Part shown: positions 12,065 to 23,539 of the stretch, piece by piece | Position numbering within the stretch: the stretch's first letter is position 1 | Layout of the letters: the number at the start of each line of letters is the position of its first letter | Assembly (NCBI RefSeq): GCF_001194135.2 | Contig: NC_068984.1 | Coordinates: forward strand, 11,862,266 to 11,926,265 | Length of the DNA stretch: 64,000 bases | Direction of reading: 5' to 3' | DNA from: Octopus bimaculoides | Taxonomy: Eukaryota | Position numbers and translations under genes: made by a program | The notes under the pieces: generated by a model | The model's input: only the letters and a program-made list of their open reading frames with translations | What the model was told of the DNA's origin: nothing | Databases searched by the model: none

Positions 12065-12454
12065 GAATATATTTTAGCAAGTTTAAAATGATTTCTTTTG
12101 TCCTGTAAACCATTTACCATTCCTGTGGTGCCACCCTTCTCTTGATGCCCTAAGCACTTGCTTATTTTGCTTAATGACTGACACTACTTGTTTTGCTTAA
12201 TGATTGACAGTGCTTGTCTAAGTTTAATCAAAAATGTAATACCTGCTTAAGATAGATATAATGAGATGATCATATCTGCTGACTGGTTCAATCTCTATGC
12301 AAGTAGTTGACATTTCTTTACCTCAATGTAGAAATATTACCATTAAAGATTAGTCAGATGAAATTGTTGATCCCCACCCTAACAACAACAACAACTGTGT
12401 GGCGGTGCAAAACTTAACTCGAAAGTAAAAAAAAAAAATTCATCTGTAATCACC

Positions 12455-12875
12455 ATCATCATCATTATTCAATGTATACATTTCTATGCTTGCATGGGTC
12501 CGACAGAATTTGTCAAAGCAGATTTTCTACAGCCTGATGCCCTTTTTGTGGTCAACCCTCGCCTGTTTCCAAATAAGGTAATATTTGTCCATCAGCAGAC
12601 ATGCTTTTCATGGAAGATTGGAAATGAACAACTTCACTTGTATGATGGTGATGTACATTTATGACCATCATGTGATGTCAAGAGAAGGATACACACAAAT
12701 ACACACATGTATTCATATGATGGGCTCCTTTCAGTTTCCATCTACCAAATCCACTCACAAGGCTTTTGTTGACTTGAGGCTATAGTAGAAGACATTTGCC
12801 CAAAGTGCCATGCAATAGGATTGAACCTCTGACCACATGGTGGGAAAGCAAGCTTCTTAACCGTGCAGCCATGTC
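12455..12875 (-). mobile_element. composite SINE: family A head with different body and (GAT)n tail
   Basis: Reverse family A head at 12720-12875 joined to a body ending in ...catgcaagcatagaaatgta...tgatgatg; same layout at about 29480-29820 and 63605-63995. Confidence 0.65.
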
Positions 12876-13397
12876 TCATCCTTATCATCACTGTTCAAAA
12901 ATCATAACATATTGTTAGGAAGAATACGTGAGTTCTGATACTATATAGATTTAATCACTACTGGATATGTCAGCTGCAAAAGCAGTTGTCGTTTAGACCC
13001 CAGTTTAGGCTTGATCTGAGATATTGTTTATCTCACACAAGTGAAGTGCATAGCCAGCCAAATGGTTTGGATGTTGAGCTCACAATCATAAATTTATGGG
13101 TTTAATTCCTGAACTGGACAGTGTGTTACATTCTTGACTAAGGGCTACATTTCACATTCCTTTAATCTACTCCACTGAAATGAGTATTGGTGAAGCCCTC
13201 TCTTGTTTTAGCTATCACATCCTTTACTAAGTCCTGGGTAGGTCGGTCAAGAAGGTTTATATAACCAGCTGGAGACGATGTCTCCTGGGGCTAAATTGCA
13301 GCAACATTCATCCTAAACCAGGACTCCAAAGTACTGTCGGTGAATATCTCTCATTGTGAGATTTAAAAATAGTAATTTTCTATTTGTTGTTTGTTCC

Positions 13398-13682
13398 TTC
13401 TTGAGCCATGCCTGGCTCATAAGGGCCGGTGTCATTGGCGTATAGGTTCCCCACCTGAATGGGACCCTGGTCTGTCACAGGTGAGCTGCAAGATGCAGGA
13501 GGAAAGAGTGAGAGAAAGTTGTGTCAAAAGAGTCAGCAGAGGTATGCCATTACCTTCTGCCAGAGCCACGTTGAGCTTAGGTGTTTCGCTCATAAACACA
13601 CACATCGCCCGGTCTGAGATTCGAACCTGCGATCAGTCAACCATAATTCCGCTGCTCTAACCACTAGGCCACGTGCCTCCAC
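13398..13682 (-). mobile_element. tRNA-derived SINE (family C)
   Basis: Minus-strand head gtggaggcacgtggcctagtggttagagc (A box) ... ggttcgaatctc (B box). Confidence 0.75.
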
Positions 13683-13819
13683 CAACCACTTAGGAACCTA
13701 AGATAATGAGCAAAAGCATGCTACATGTTACATAGTCACATTTGCTTGCAAGTGCCAGCTGAAGTTTAGTTTATATCTGTGACTACATTATTGGCTGGTT
13801 ATGTTTGAACTTTCTGTTA

Positions 13820-14072
13820 TATGTGTGTGTGTGTGTGTGTCTGTCTGTCTGTGTTTGTCACCTTCCCTGTTACTTCTGCTTGACAACTGGTGTTGGTTTG
13901 TTCACATCCCCATAACTTAAGATGTTCAGCAAAAGAGACCGATAGGATAAGTAACAGTCTTAAAAAAAAAAAAAGACTCGTAAGTACTGGTTTGGATTTA
14001 TTCAACTGAAACCCTTCAAGGTGGTGCCCCAGCATGGTTGCAGTCCAATGACTAGAACAAGTAAAAGATAAA
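13820..14072 (+). mobile_element. 3' half of SINE family A
   Basis: (GT)n-ctgtgtttgtc...cccagcatggttgcagtccaatgactagaacaagtaaaag. Confidence 0.75.
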
Positions 14073-14859
14073 AGAGGTCCAAAATACAATATCAAAGTAA
14101 GAAGTCCAATCTAAGGACAATTACAGCCATAAACTTATATCCTGCTCTGATCACTATGATGTATTGTTTGGCAAATCACATTACATTGTTGCCTCTGTCC
14201 ACCTAGCTGATAGCAGTTCTCACTCCCTTTTCATAATTAAGTGATGAGTTGTAAGAAGAGCAGCTGATTGTGAAAAGGTTTCTGTGCAGAATTTATGAAT
14301 GTAAGTATAATGGTAGTTAGTTAAGGAAGTAAAAAAAATAGGTGCGAAATGGAGAGTTGTGTCAGCCAGAAATTCTCTAAGGTATGTAATCTGTAATTAG
14401 AAGTATGGGTGTGTTAATGGCTATTAAGTGGGTAGTTTATACTTTTAAATGTAGTTAGGAGGAATTATATACTCTCTGTTTTAACAACTTCCAGAACTGC
14501 TATTTCTGTTTCACAATGTGTGGCAGTAGTAGAGGCAAATTTATGAGGCTTCAGAAAGATGGTTGACAGAGATATAATTACTACAAGAAGTTTTTAATGG
14601 TCCTGTTGGGATATAGCAAGACAGATAGGCAGGCAGACAAGTGAGATATTTAATGGTCCTGTTGGGATACAGGAAGACTGATAGGTAGATAAACAGTGGA
14701 ATAGACAAGAAATGAACCAGACACGAAATTACTATAATTATATGTGGCATAAATGAATTTATTATCTGTAACACACCTCTTGGACATGGATGTCCGAGAA
14801 GTTTTTCTTTTCTCTTTTTTTCTATGTAGAAGGAAAATGACAAAAAGAATTCTTTCTGC

Positions 14860-15060
14860 TATGGACACAAGGCCTGAAATTTTGTGGGGAGGGGCAAGTT
14901 AATTACATTCATCCTAGTGCTTGACTGATACTTATTTTATTAGACCTAGAAGGATTAAAGTTGGAGTCAACGTCAGTGACATTTGAACTCACAATGTAGA
15001 AAGATGGAAGAAATGCTACCAAACATTTGTCTGGTAATGATTCTGTTAGTTCGTTGCCTT
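14860..15060 (-). mobile_element. degenerate SINE family B
   Basis: ggacacaaggcctgaaatttt...atttgaactcacaatgtag. Confidence 0.65.
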
Positions 15061-15244
15061 AGTAACAAAAAAGGAATGGTTGTGAATACAGTTCAGGCCT
15101 TCTCTCCTCCACCTACATCAAATAATGTTCAGAAATTTCAGCCTGCTTGGTCTCTTCAGAGGCAGATGTCCGGTAGTAGCTAACAGCCAAATCTCACTGT
15201 CAACGATATAAAATTTCAATGTCTCTTCAGGCACTCTGAGCTTA

Positions 15245-15780
15245 TCAAAATCACATGATCTGGCAGTTCTGATACCCATAGTAGATCATTTTTGTCTGCT
15301 AACAATATAAATACGAGTGCTTTTATGCACCATACATCCATATGAGAGGTCTTCTGAAGGTAAATAATGCAGTATTTGGTGTTCTAACAAAACATTCATG
15401 TTAAACTGGACATAAAGATTGCCTTTTGATATTAGCACTGCTTTTGTCACTATTAATTGTCTTTTGATAAGCCTGCTGGCTATTTGCAACATCAATGCCT
15501 AAAAAGACATTGAAATTCTATATATCTTTGACAGTGAGATTCAGCTGTTATGTTAACTACTTAGGAGTCTGTCATTGTGGGGACTGTGCAGGTCAAAATC
15601 ATGTGATCTGGTAGTTCTGGCGCCCTTAGCAGATGATTCTCATCTGCCAGTGATGTAAATATGAGTGCTTTTATGCACCATGCATCCATATGAGATGTCC
15701 TCTCAAGGTAAATGATGCAGTATTCTGTTTTTTAACAAAACATCCATGTTAGGTTTGACATAAAGATTGCCTTTTAATGT
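15245..15780 (+). repeat. two direct copies (~185 bp; 15245-15430 and 15595-15780) of a dispersed repeat
   Basis: Shared caaaatca...gagtgcttttatgcacca...catccatatgaga...aaggtaaat...acataaagattgcctttt; relatives at about 42860-43020 and 31400-31483. Confidence 0.8.
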
Positions 15781-16444
15781 TGAGAGAATTTTAATTGAAT
15801 GTTGTGAAGGTAGAGAAATGAACTACATCCATGAGACTTATACTGAAGCTGGAATGTTGTATCTACAAGTGCTAATTTCTATTTAGTATAATCAAATGGG
15901 AGCCACTACATCACTGCTCAACCTGCTAGAAACAGTAACTAAAATCTCCCTCAACTCACAACTGTCTTCAAAAATGTGATGGGCACTAGTATCAGGATAA
16001 GACTAATGGTGTTTAAATCTTAGAATTACACTTGCTGACCTAAAAATGTTTTGACACAATTTCATGTCATTTGACAGACAGTGTGAATACTAGCTGTGAC
16101 TAAACGACATGTGATATGTATAAGAGATATACAAGTCACGAATGAGAATGTTGAAAATAAGATTAAGATCAGCAGTGAACTTAATGTATAGATCGATATT
16201 AATCAAAGTTTTGTCTCAGTTCTGTTTGAAGCAAACTGAAAGACGTTCTGCACTAAATGAAGATAAAAACATATGTAGGTTTATATAGAGTAAATATAAA
16301 TGCCTGTACAGCTGTGTGGTTGAGAAATTCACTTCCCAACTACACAGAAAACACACAGATAATCTTACTGTGGTATGACGTCACCGGCTGGGCAGCTGAC
16401 CGCTGAACCGAACGTGGTGTTGACCGGAACTGGGAGCTGACATA

Positions 16445-16605
16445 CCGTATTTTAACGTGTATAAGGAACCCTTTTTTGTTAAACATTAGGTTAAAAAAAT
16501 ATGGGAGTTTCTTATACATGGATAGTATAATCCCTTACGAATCCTTTTTTTCCAAATTTTAAGCCCCCAAAATTAGTGGGGTTCCTTATACACGTTAAAA
16601 TCCGG
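16445..16605. mobile_element. 161-bp pogo/Tigger-type MITE
   Basis: 27-bp TIRs with one mismatch (ccgtattttaacgtgtataaggaaccc / gggttccttatacacgttaaaatccgg); TA on both sides. Confidence 0.85.
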
Positions 16606-17634
16606 TACTTTTTAACTGTTGTAAATCTAATCATATCACAAACTGACATTCTAATAACAAACTTCAGAAATTACAGCTACATTAAACGGCAACATTGTCA
16701 GAAAATGGCTTTTAGGAACTTAGTGTACGCCAAATTACGAAGGCACACATCGTAAAGGTCTTATTTCTGTCAGTTGAAAAGTTGGCGAATGCTGACCATT
16801 TGAGTACCACCATCACCCTTTTTCTATCATTGGTGAGCAGAGATGTTAGACTATCAGACTAAATACCTACCGCATTTAGTTGAGGCTCTTTACATTTTAA
16901 GTTCAAATCCAGTCGAGGTCAAGTTCGCTTTTGGATGTTCCGAAATTGTTAAAATAAGTACCAATCCAATATTTGGATCGATTTAATACTGTTATAAAAC
17001 ACTCGAGATGTGAATGGAAATATAAAATTATAACAGAAAACTAAAGCATTTCTGCTTTTGCGATGAAAGACCAAACGTTTCATCCTTTAATGAGCAAAAA
17101 TAAAAATTTCTTATTATTCTGTTATTATGTGTTCTGTTACGAAAATATTATAATTCGTTTAGGTGAAAGTTTTACACTTCAGGACAATATTTTTTCATAG
17201 GCTCGGGTGCAGGGGACGCAAGCACACCTTGTAATTTTTTTTGTGGGGTGGGGTGTCAATGAAAACGCTTTGAACATCCTCCTGAAAAACTGGGGTTAAA
17301 ATAATAATTGCACCCCCTAAGCAAATTTCGTTCCCGTTCTTAAGATTTTTTAAAAAATACATTAATCCGAATGCAGAGATATTAAAAGATATTCACAAGG
17401 GAGAGAACTGTTAAATAACTCCTCGTATTTTAGTGTTCATAAATGTGGCTGTGTGAGTTTGTGTAGATTTTAATCTTTTTAATTTTGTGGTACACTGGAA
17501 GTTGGACAAAAGAGTTATTTGCACATTTCACATGTAAAGTTATAAAAAAAAAATCTGTTTTCGATTCTAAAATTTAACAAAAAAAAATTATCTTCAGGCT
17601 TTTTAATTTCAATCTTTTAATATGCATATATTAA

Positions 17635-18195
17635 CATTTTGTACTATATTTTCTTTTGTACAAATGATCTAATTTTGCTATAAATTATGCATCTTTTAAT
17701 TTTTTTTAACCATACACATAAACTATCACATTGATTTATTGCATGGATTTCACTGAACAAATATATTTATTCTAAACTGTATGAGTCACCCATGAGACAT
17801 GTTAATAACTGATAAAACATCCATTAAACTTCCATTTATGGATTTTTTTTTCTACAGAATATATAAGCCCTAATGGCTTGTTTTTCACAAAAATTACTTT
17901 ATGGAGGGTAGCATTCCAATGATGGACATGACAGTGACTTGCACCTTTCTGATACCTGTGTTCTGTATATTTCTTCAGATTTGAATAATGTGGTTTGAAC
18001 CACAGTAAAGAGAAACTCCATCAGCATTGGGAGTCACTGGTGACTCCCAATGGTAGATTAAGAATATAGCATAGATTACTGGTGACTCCTATAATATATT
18101 AAGTATATAGCATGGGGATAGCATCATTGGTAACCCTCAGGACAAGAAAAATGTTAATATATGCATATCAAAAGATTGACATTAAAATACCTGAA
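17635..18195 (+). repeat. local direct duplication, copy 1
   Basis: Aligns by eye at high identity with 21615-22152 (start offset 3980 bp). Confidence 0.95.
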
Positions 18196-18239
18196 GATTT
18201 TTTTTTTTTTTTGCTAAATTTTAGATTTGAAGACCATAT

Positions 18240-18449
18240 GCACAGGAGTGGCTGTGTTGTAAGTAGCTTGCTTACCAACCACATGGTTCCAGGTTCAGTC
18301 CCACTGTGTAGCACCTTGGGCAAGTGTCTTCTGCTACAGCCTCAGGCCGACCAAATCCTTGTGAGTGGATTTGGTACACGGAAAATGAAAGAAGCCCGTC
18401 GTGTATATATATATGCGTGTGTGTGTTTGTGTTTGTTCCCCCCAGTATC
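18240..18449 (+). mobile_element. 5' half of SINE family A, cut by assembly gap
   Basis: gcacaggagtggctgtgttgtaagtagc head; ends at the N run. Confidence 0.85.
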
Positions 18450-18955
18450 NNNNNNNNNNNNNNNNNNNNNNNNNNNNNNNNNNNNNNNNNNNNNNNNNNN
18501 NNNNNNNNNNNNNNNNNNNNNNNNNNNNNNNNNNNNNNNNNNNNNNNNNNNNNNNNNNNNNNNNNNNNNNNNNNNNNNNNNNNNNNNNNNNNNNNNNNNN
18601 NNNNNNNNNNNNNNNNNNNNNNNNNNNNNNNNNNNNNNNNNNNNNNNNNNNNNNNNNNNNNNNNNNNNNNNNNNNNNNNNNNNNNNNNNNNNNNNNNNNN
18701 NNNNNNNNNNNNNNNNNNNNNNNNNNNNNNNNNNNNNNNNNNNNNNNNNNNNNNNNNNNNNNNNNNNNNNNNNNNNNNNNNNNNNNNNNNNNNNNNNNNN
18801 NNNNNNNNNNNNNNNNNNNNNNNNNNNNNNNNNNNNNNNNNNNNNNNNNNNNNNNNNNNNNNNNNNNNNNNNNNNNNNNNNNNNNNNNNNNNNNNNNNNN
18901 NNNNNNNNNNNNNNNNNNNNNNNNNNNNNNNNNNNNNNNNNNNNNNNNNNNNNNA
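18450..18955. other. assembly gap (N run)
   Basis: Run of N. Confidence 1.
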
Positions 18956-18970
18956 ATTTTTTCTGCAGAT

Positions 18971-19030
18971 TCTCAGAAATATATATATATATATATAAAC
19001 AAACAACTCCAAAACACACAAACAAAAGAT
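18971..19030 (+). other. 5' UTR part of gene A first coding exon
   Basis: Acceptor ttttttctgcag ending at 18970; contains an (AT)n tract; upstream sequence lies in the gap. Confidence 0.5.
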
Positions 19031-19094
19031 ATGGCTATAAAAAACTTTTTACCTTATGTGTTATTTTTATTAAAAGTTGTTACTGCAAATGTGG
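19031..19094 (+). CDS. gene A coding exon 1: signal peptide MAIKNFLPYVLFLLKVVTANV
   Basis: n/h/c-region pattern; strong donor G|GTAAGT in phase 1, matching the phase of the next exon. Confidence 0.7.
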
Positions 19095-20182
19095 GTAAGT
19101 ACTCTTTTCTTTTCATTTTCTATTATGAGAACAGTTTCTCTCATTCCCGTTTTCTTGGTCTCTGTTGTGTAAACATATACCAACATTTGAACATAGCTGT
19201 ATTTTATGTTTGTCTATCTCTCCTCTGTGTGTGTGTGTGTGTGTGTGTGTGCAAGGAGTATGTGGTAAACCTACTTTACAAACAGTTTATATACATTGCT
19301 CAAATGAAAACATATCTTCATTCACAATCTTTATATAAAAAGTATTTTATTGATTATATTTCACTGGTGAACAGTGTCAGGTATAGGACTAATTTCTTAG
19401 AATTTCCTGTCACATTTGTCTTCATTCGTAAATTTAAACGTGTAACAACTAAATATTTGGCTGGTTGACAGAAGAACAAAAATCCGTGTGAAGTCCAAAT
19501 ACAAAAGTATTTACCATCAACAAAAATATGCTGTCATTTCAATGAATGACAAAAAAGAAGTAATTTACATGAAGTGAATCAGTTTGTGTTTGTCTGTGAG
19601 AAATGTGTGCATCAGCAATGATTGTGGATTGTTAAAGTTGATGAATTTTGTAGCCAAAGTTGACTGATGTAAGTTGCCTCTTTTATAAGATGACTAGCTT
19701 TGTCATAACCACTGATCAGTTACCAACCATATATACTTAATGGTTTGTGACAGAAAAGGAGCACCAAAGACAGAATCATTAATGACATTCCAATTTGTTA
19801 TTTACAACAACTGGTATTCTAACGAGTTAAGCATCTACTGGTTCTGTTGTATCTTTGTTGGTCAGCCCCACTACTGATGCAAACTAGTTCTTAATGTGTT
19901 CACCAAAGACTTGAATGGTTAGCTGTTTGCAATTTTCATCGATCCCTGACAAAATCCTGTTTGGGTGTTGACACTTGCTCTCACATTTGAATAAAGTGAT
20001 TCAAGATCAATTCCAAGGTAGTGAGTTGATGTTTGGGAATCTGCTAATATTCCTGCTACAAACCCAACAAGAATTCATAAATAATAGAAATAATATAATT
20101 TTATTTGTTGATATCTACTGAATTTGTTAAATCTGATGATTCAAGTAATTATTTCTTTTTTTTCTCTCTCTTTTCCTTCCAG

Positions 20183-20562
20183 AAACTAACGAAAGACCAT
20201 CATTTTTCTCAATGCCGACATATCCTTTTATTGCTGTTGTTTCTATTATAAGTTTAGCCATCACATCTTGGGTGGGAATCTTTCTCTGCACAGACTGTTA
20301 CAATGCTGAGGTTGACAGTATGAATCATCCAGCTTGTAAGACCCAGAAAACAAGCCATCCAACACCAGAAGCAAATCCACTTGCTATGCATTATGGCGTT
20401 TCTCAACCAACATTTCCAGTGTCACAACCATATCCAACAGCACCACAAAATGTCAACTACTTTCCTGCACCATCTGCACCTTCTCTAGAACCTGCGGCCG
20501 CTTTATACTTTTCACCACAGAGGTATGGTGCAATGAAAGGTTATGACACCAATGTCTACTAA
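20183..20562 (+). CDS. gene A terminal coding exon: single TM helix plus Pro/Tyr-rich tail (147-aa type I membrane protein in total)
   Basis: Long polypyrimidine acceptor ...ttttccttccag; open frame (E)TNERPSFFSMPTYP-FIAVVSIISLAITSWVGIFLC-TDC...QPYPTAPQ...FPAPSAPS...YDTNVY*; 64+380=444 nt. Confidence 0.85.
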
Positions 20563-21067
20563 CAAAACCTCTTTGAAACATTGAACCTCATTATCATTTG
20601 GTTTATTGCTCAAATTTTGTCAAATAGTTCCTTAATATTTATAGAAACATTATTAACAAGGGCTTTCAAACATTTGTTTAAATGTTAACCTTTATTGTTC
20701 ATCAGCTTTTAATGTAATGTTTGTCTGTGTTAGAATGGTTTTCAGAGCAAATTCATTTAAATAATATAAACATTATTCATGTGTGTGTGTGAGAGACCCC
20801 CTGTTGTAGCCATGTAGGATTTCAGCAGGTCTGGACAACTCTTCTTGAAATCCATGTAAATATAAATATTATCTGTTTTTTTTTTTGTTTTTCTTTTTTT
20901 GCTTATTAAACAGATTATGGTAGATCCAGTTTAAAAACTGATGACTACCCCTTTGGTTGATATTCTAATTAAATTTATATAACACACACAAACATACACA
21001 CACAGTTATTACACTTCTGCCAGCTTAAACATTCCCTCTGACCTAACCATCCTATTGTATATATATA

Positions 21068-21115
<48 letters not shown>

Positions 21116-21335
21116 CACACACACTTAATAATATATATAATGCATATTTGTTTTTCTAGTTATTGTGTAGTTTACCTTTGTTATGTCTTACTTTATTGAA
21201 CAAATTTAATATAACATTCTTATGTCTATCGTTATTCACTGTCCACCATCTTGACCTTGTCTACTGGTGTGGAAGCCATGTAACATATTCATCTTAAAAA
21301 GTAAAAGGAAGCATTAAATATTGTAGTCCTAGATA

Positions 21336-21441
21336 CATCATCATCATCATCATCATCATCGTTTAACGTCCGCTTTCCATGCTAGCATGGGTTGGACGAT
21401 TTGACTGAGGACTGGTGAAACCGGATGGCAACACCAGGCTC
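21336..21441 (-). mobile_element. 5'-truncated young RTE-type 3' end with (GAT)n tail
   Basis: Reverse complement of 27924-28019 without visible mismatch. Confidence 0.9.
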
Positions 21442-21614
21442 AGAAAAGAAAATGGGATGGTCAAGGCTGGAAAATCTGCTCAATCAGTGCTGATTGAGGT
21501 TGAATAACAACAACAACAATCTTATTGCATTGTCACTGTTTAACAATGTTTTGTTTGCATTTAAGTTTATATTTTAATATACTTGATCATGTTTTACATT
21601 TTGCCTGCCAAGCT

Positions 21615-22152
21615 CATTTTGTACTATACTTCCTTTTGTACAAATGATTTAATTTTGCTATAAATTATGCATCTTTTAATTTTTTTTAACCATACACATA
21701 AACTACCACATTGATTTATTGCATGGATATCACTGAACAAATATATTTATTCTGAACTGCATGAGTCACCCGTGAGACACATGTTAAATGCTAAAACATC
21801 CATTATACTTCCATTTATGGATTTTTTTTTTCTACAGAATATATAAGCCCTAATGGCTTGTTTTTCACAAAAATTACTTTATGGAGGGTAGCATTCCAAT
21901 GATGGACATGACAGTGACTTGCACCCTTCTGATACCTGTGTTCTGTACATTTCTTCAGATTTGAATAATGTGGTTTGAACCACAGTAAAGAGAAACTCCA
22001 ATGGTAGATTAAGAATATAGCATAGATCACTAGTGACTCCTATAATATATTAAGTATATAGCATGGGGATAGGGTCATTGGACAAGAAAACCCTCAGGAC
22101 AAGAAAAATGTTAATGTATGCATATTAAAAGATTGAAATTAAAAAGCCTGAA
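21615..22152 (+). repeat. local direct duplication, copy 2
   Basis: Aligns with 17635-18195; lacks the segment carrying the 28-bp palindrome. Confidence 0.95.
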
Positions 22153-22854
22153 AATAAACATGTGGGTTAGTGATAAGGTCTGCAAAATCCTAATAGTATG
22201 GTATTCAAACAAGAAGAGAGTTGGCAGGAATTTATTACTGTGGAGGAAGTAGAAAATATTTTGACAAGAAAATCTGATGAAAGACTAAAACTAGGTGATC
22301 TAAATGCATTGCAGTATTTTGCAGTGTGACCAACCATTAGAACTGTACAAATATGGATGTAAAGGACAAAAATAGTAAATGATGTACATAAGTTACCTTT
22401 TATTTATTACACGCTACCCGAAAGACAGGCATCTACTGGTTTAATATGATATATATACCTATGTATATTGACATACGTCATGTGATGACAAAAGAGATTG
22501 ACCTGAATATCATTGGGAATGGAGGAATATATTTATTAAATGATGCAGGTATAGAGACTTACATTTAGAACTTTAAGTTTCTGTGTCAAGAATTCTATGA
22601 TTACTGTATGTCTTTAGCTGTTGGAAGAGCCTGTATGATATATAATAATTGGTCCAATAAACCAATGAAAAATGATACATAAATAAAACTTAACTTGATT
22701 GCATGAGAGCCACTACAAGACAATGGCTTGCTTGGATAGCTTTTAGGAAAGTAATAAACTTCTCCTTATCTTTATATAACAATATATATATATATATATA
22801 TATAATGCTGTCATTATATACATATATTTTATATTGACAATAGATTATTTATCT

Positions 22855-22899
<45 letters not shown>

Positions 22900-23539
22900 G
22901 TATGATGTTCTCTTTTATTTTCTACTTGCCACCATTACTAAACCTAAGTGGTACAATAATTCAGTCTGGTTAAACAGCACATGTTTACTTCCTGAAGTTT
23001 GTAAACACCACATTTATTAATTGCCACATTCATAAGAAACAAGGTTTGAGTGAAATATCTTGTAGAAGAAATGTTTTGGAATTATTCAAAGTTCTTTTGG
23101 GTCACACATGTCAAATGTGAATGAAAAACATTATTGAAATTAAAAAAAAGGAATTAACATACATGATGAGTAATCTGGTGGAATCGAGATATAGTCAACT
23201 AATGCCTTGTTCAGCTGGAATGCAGCTGGTATATTAAGACTAGCTAAAACAAAAGTAGATTTTATTTAATTTCATTAGTTCTTGAGAAAGAGGAAGCTTT
23301 GAGTTCTGCTTATATATAGCTGGTGCATGGCTGAGAATTCTTGCTGCTTTCTGATTGGTCCAAATAAACCGGTGAAAAATGATGAGTGAATAAGACTCAA
23401 CTTGACTGCATGAGAGTCGCTAAAAGACTATGGATTGTTTGGATGGCTTTTATGAAAATAATAAACTTCTGCTCAGTTTTTTTTTTATTTAATTTGATTA
23501 ATGTTAGCAGTGGAGCTAGAACTAATATAAGGGTTCAGT

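Larger units (their letters stand above)
11363..12200. mobile_element. CAGGGCCGG-type MITE split by later insertions
   Basis: Left end cagggccggattaagacc...gccctaagca; right-end remnant gccctaagcacttgcttattttgcttaatg near 12150. Confidence 0.5.

Noticed and set aside
18112-19468. Long ORFs of 224-355 aa in the ORF track
   Set aside because: They read through the N gap and SINE sequence; only the 19031-19094 part is supported.
22214-22240. CTGATGA followed by A-rich sequence (also near 60655 and 7152) as hammerheads
   Set aside because: No pairing stem II and no stems I or III.
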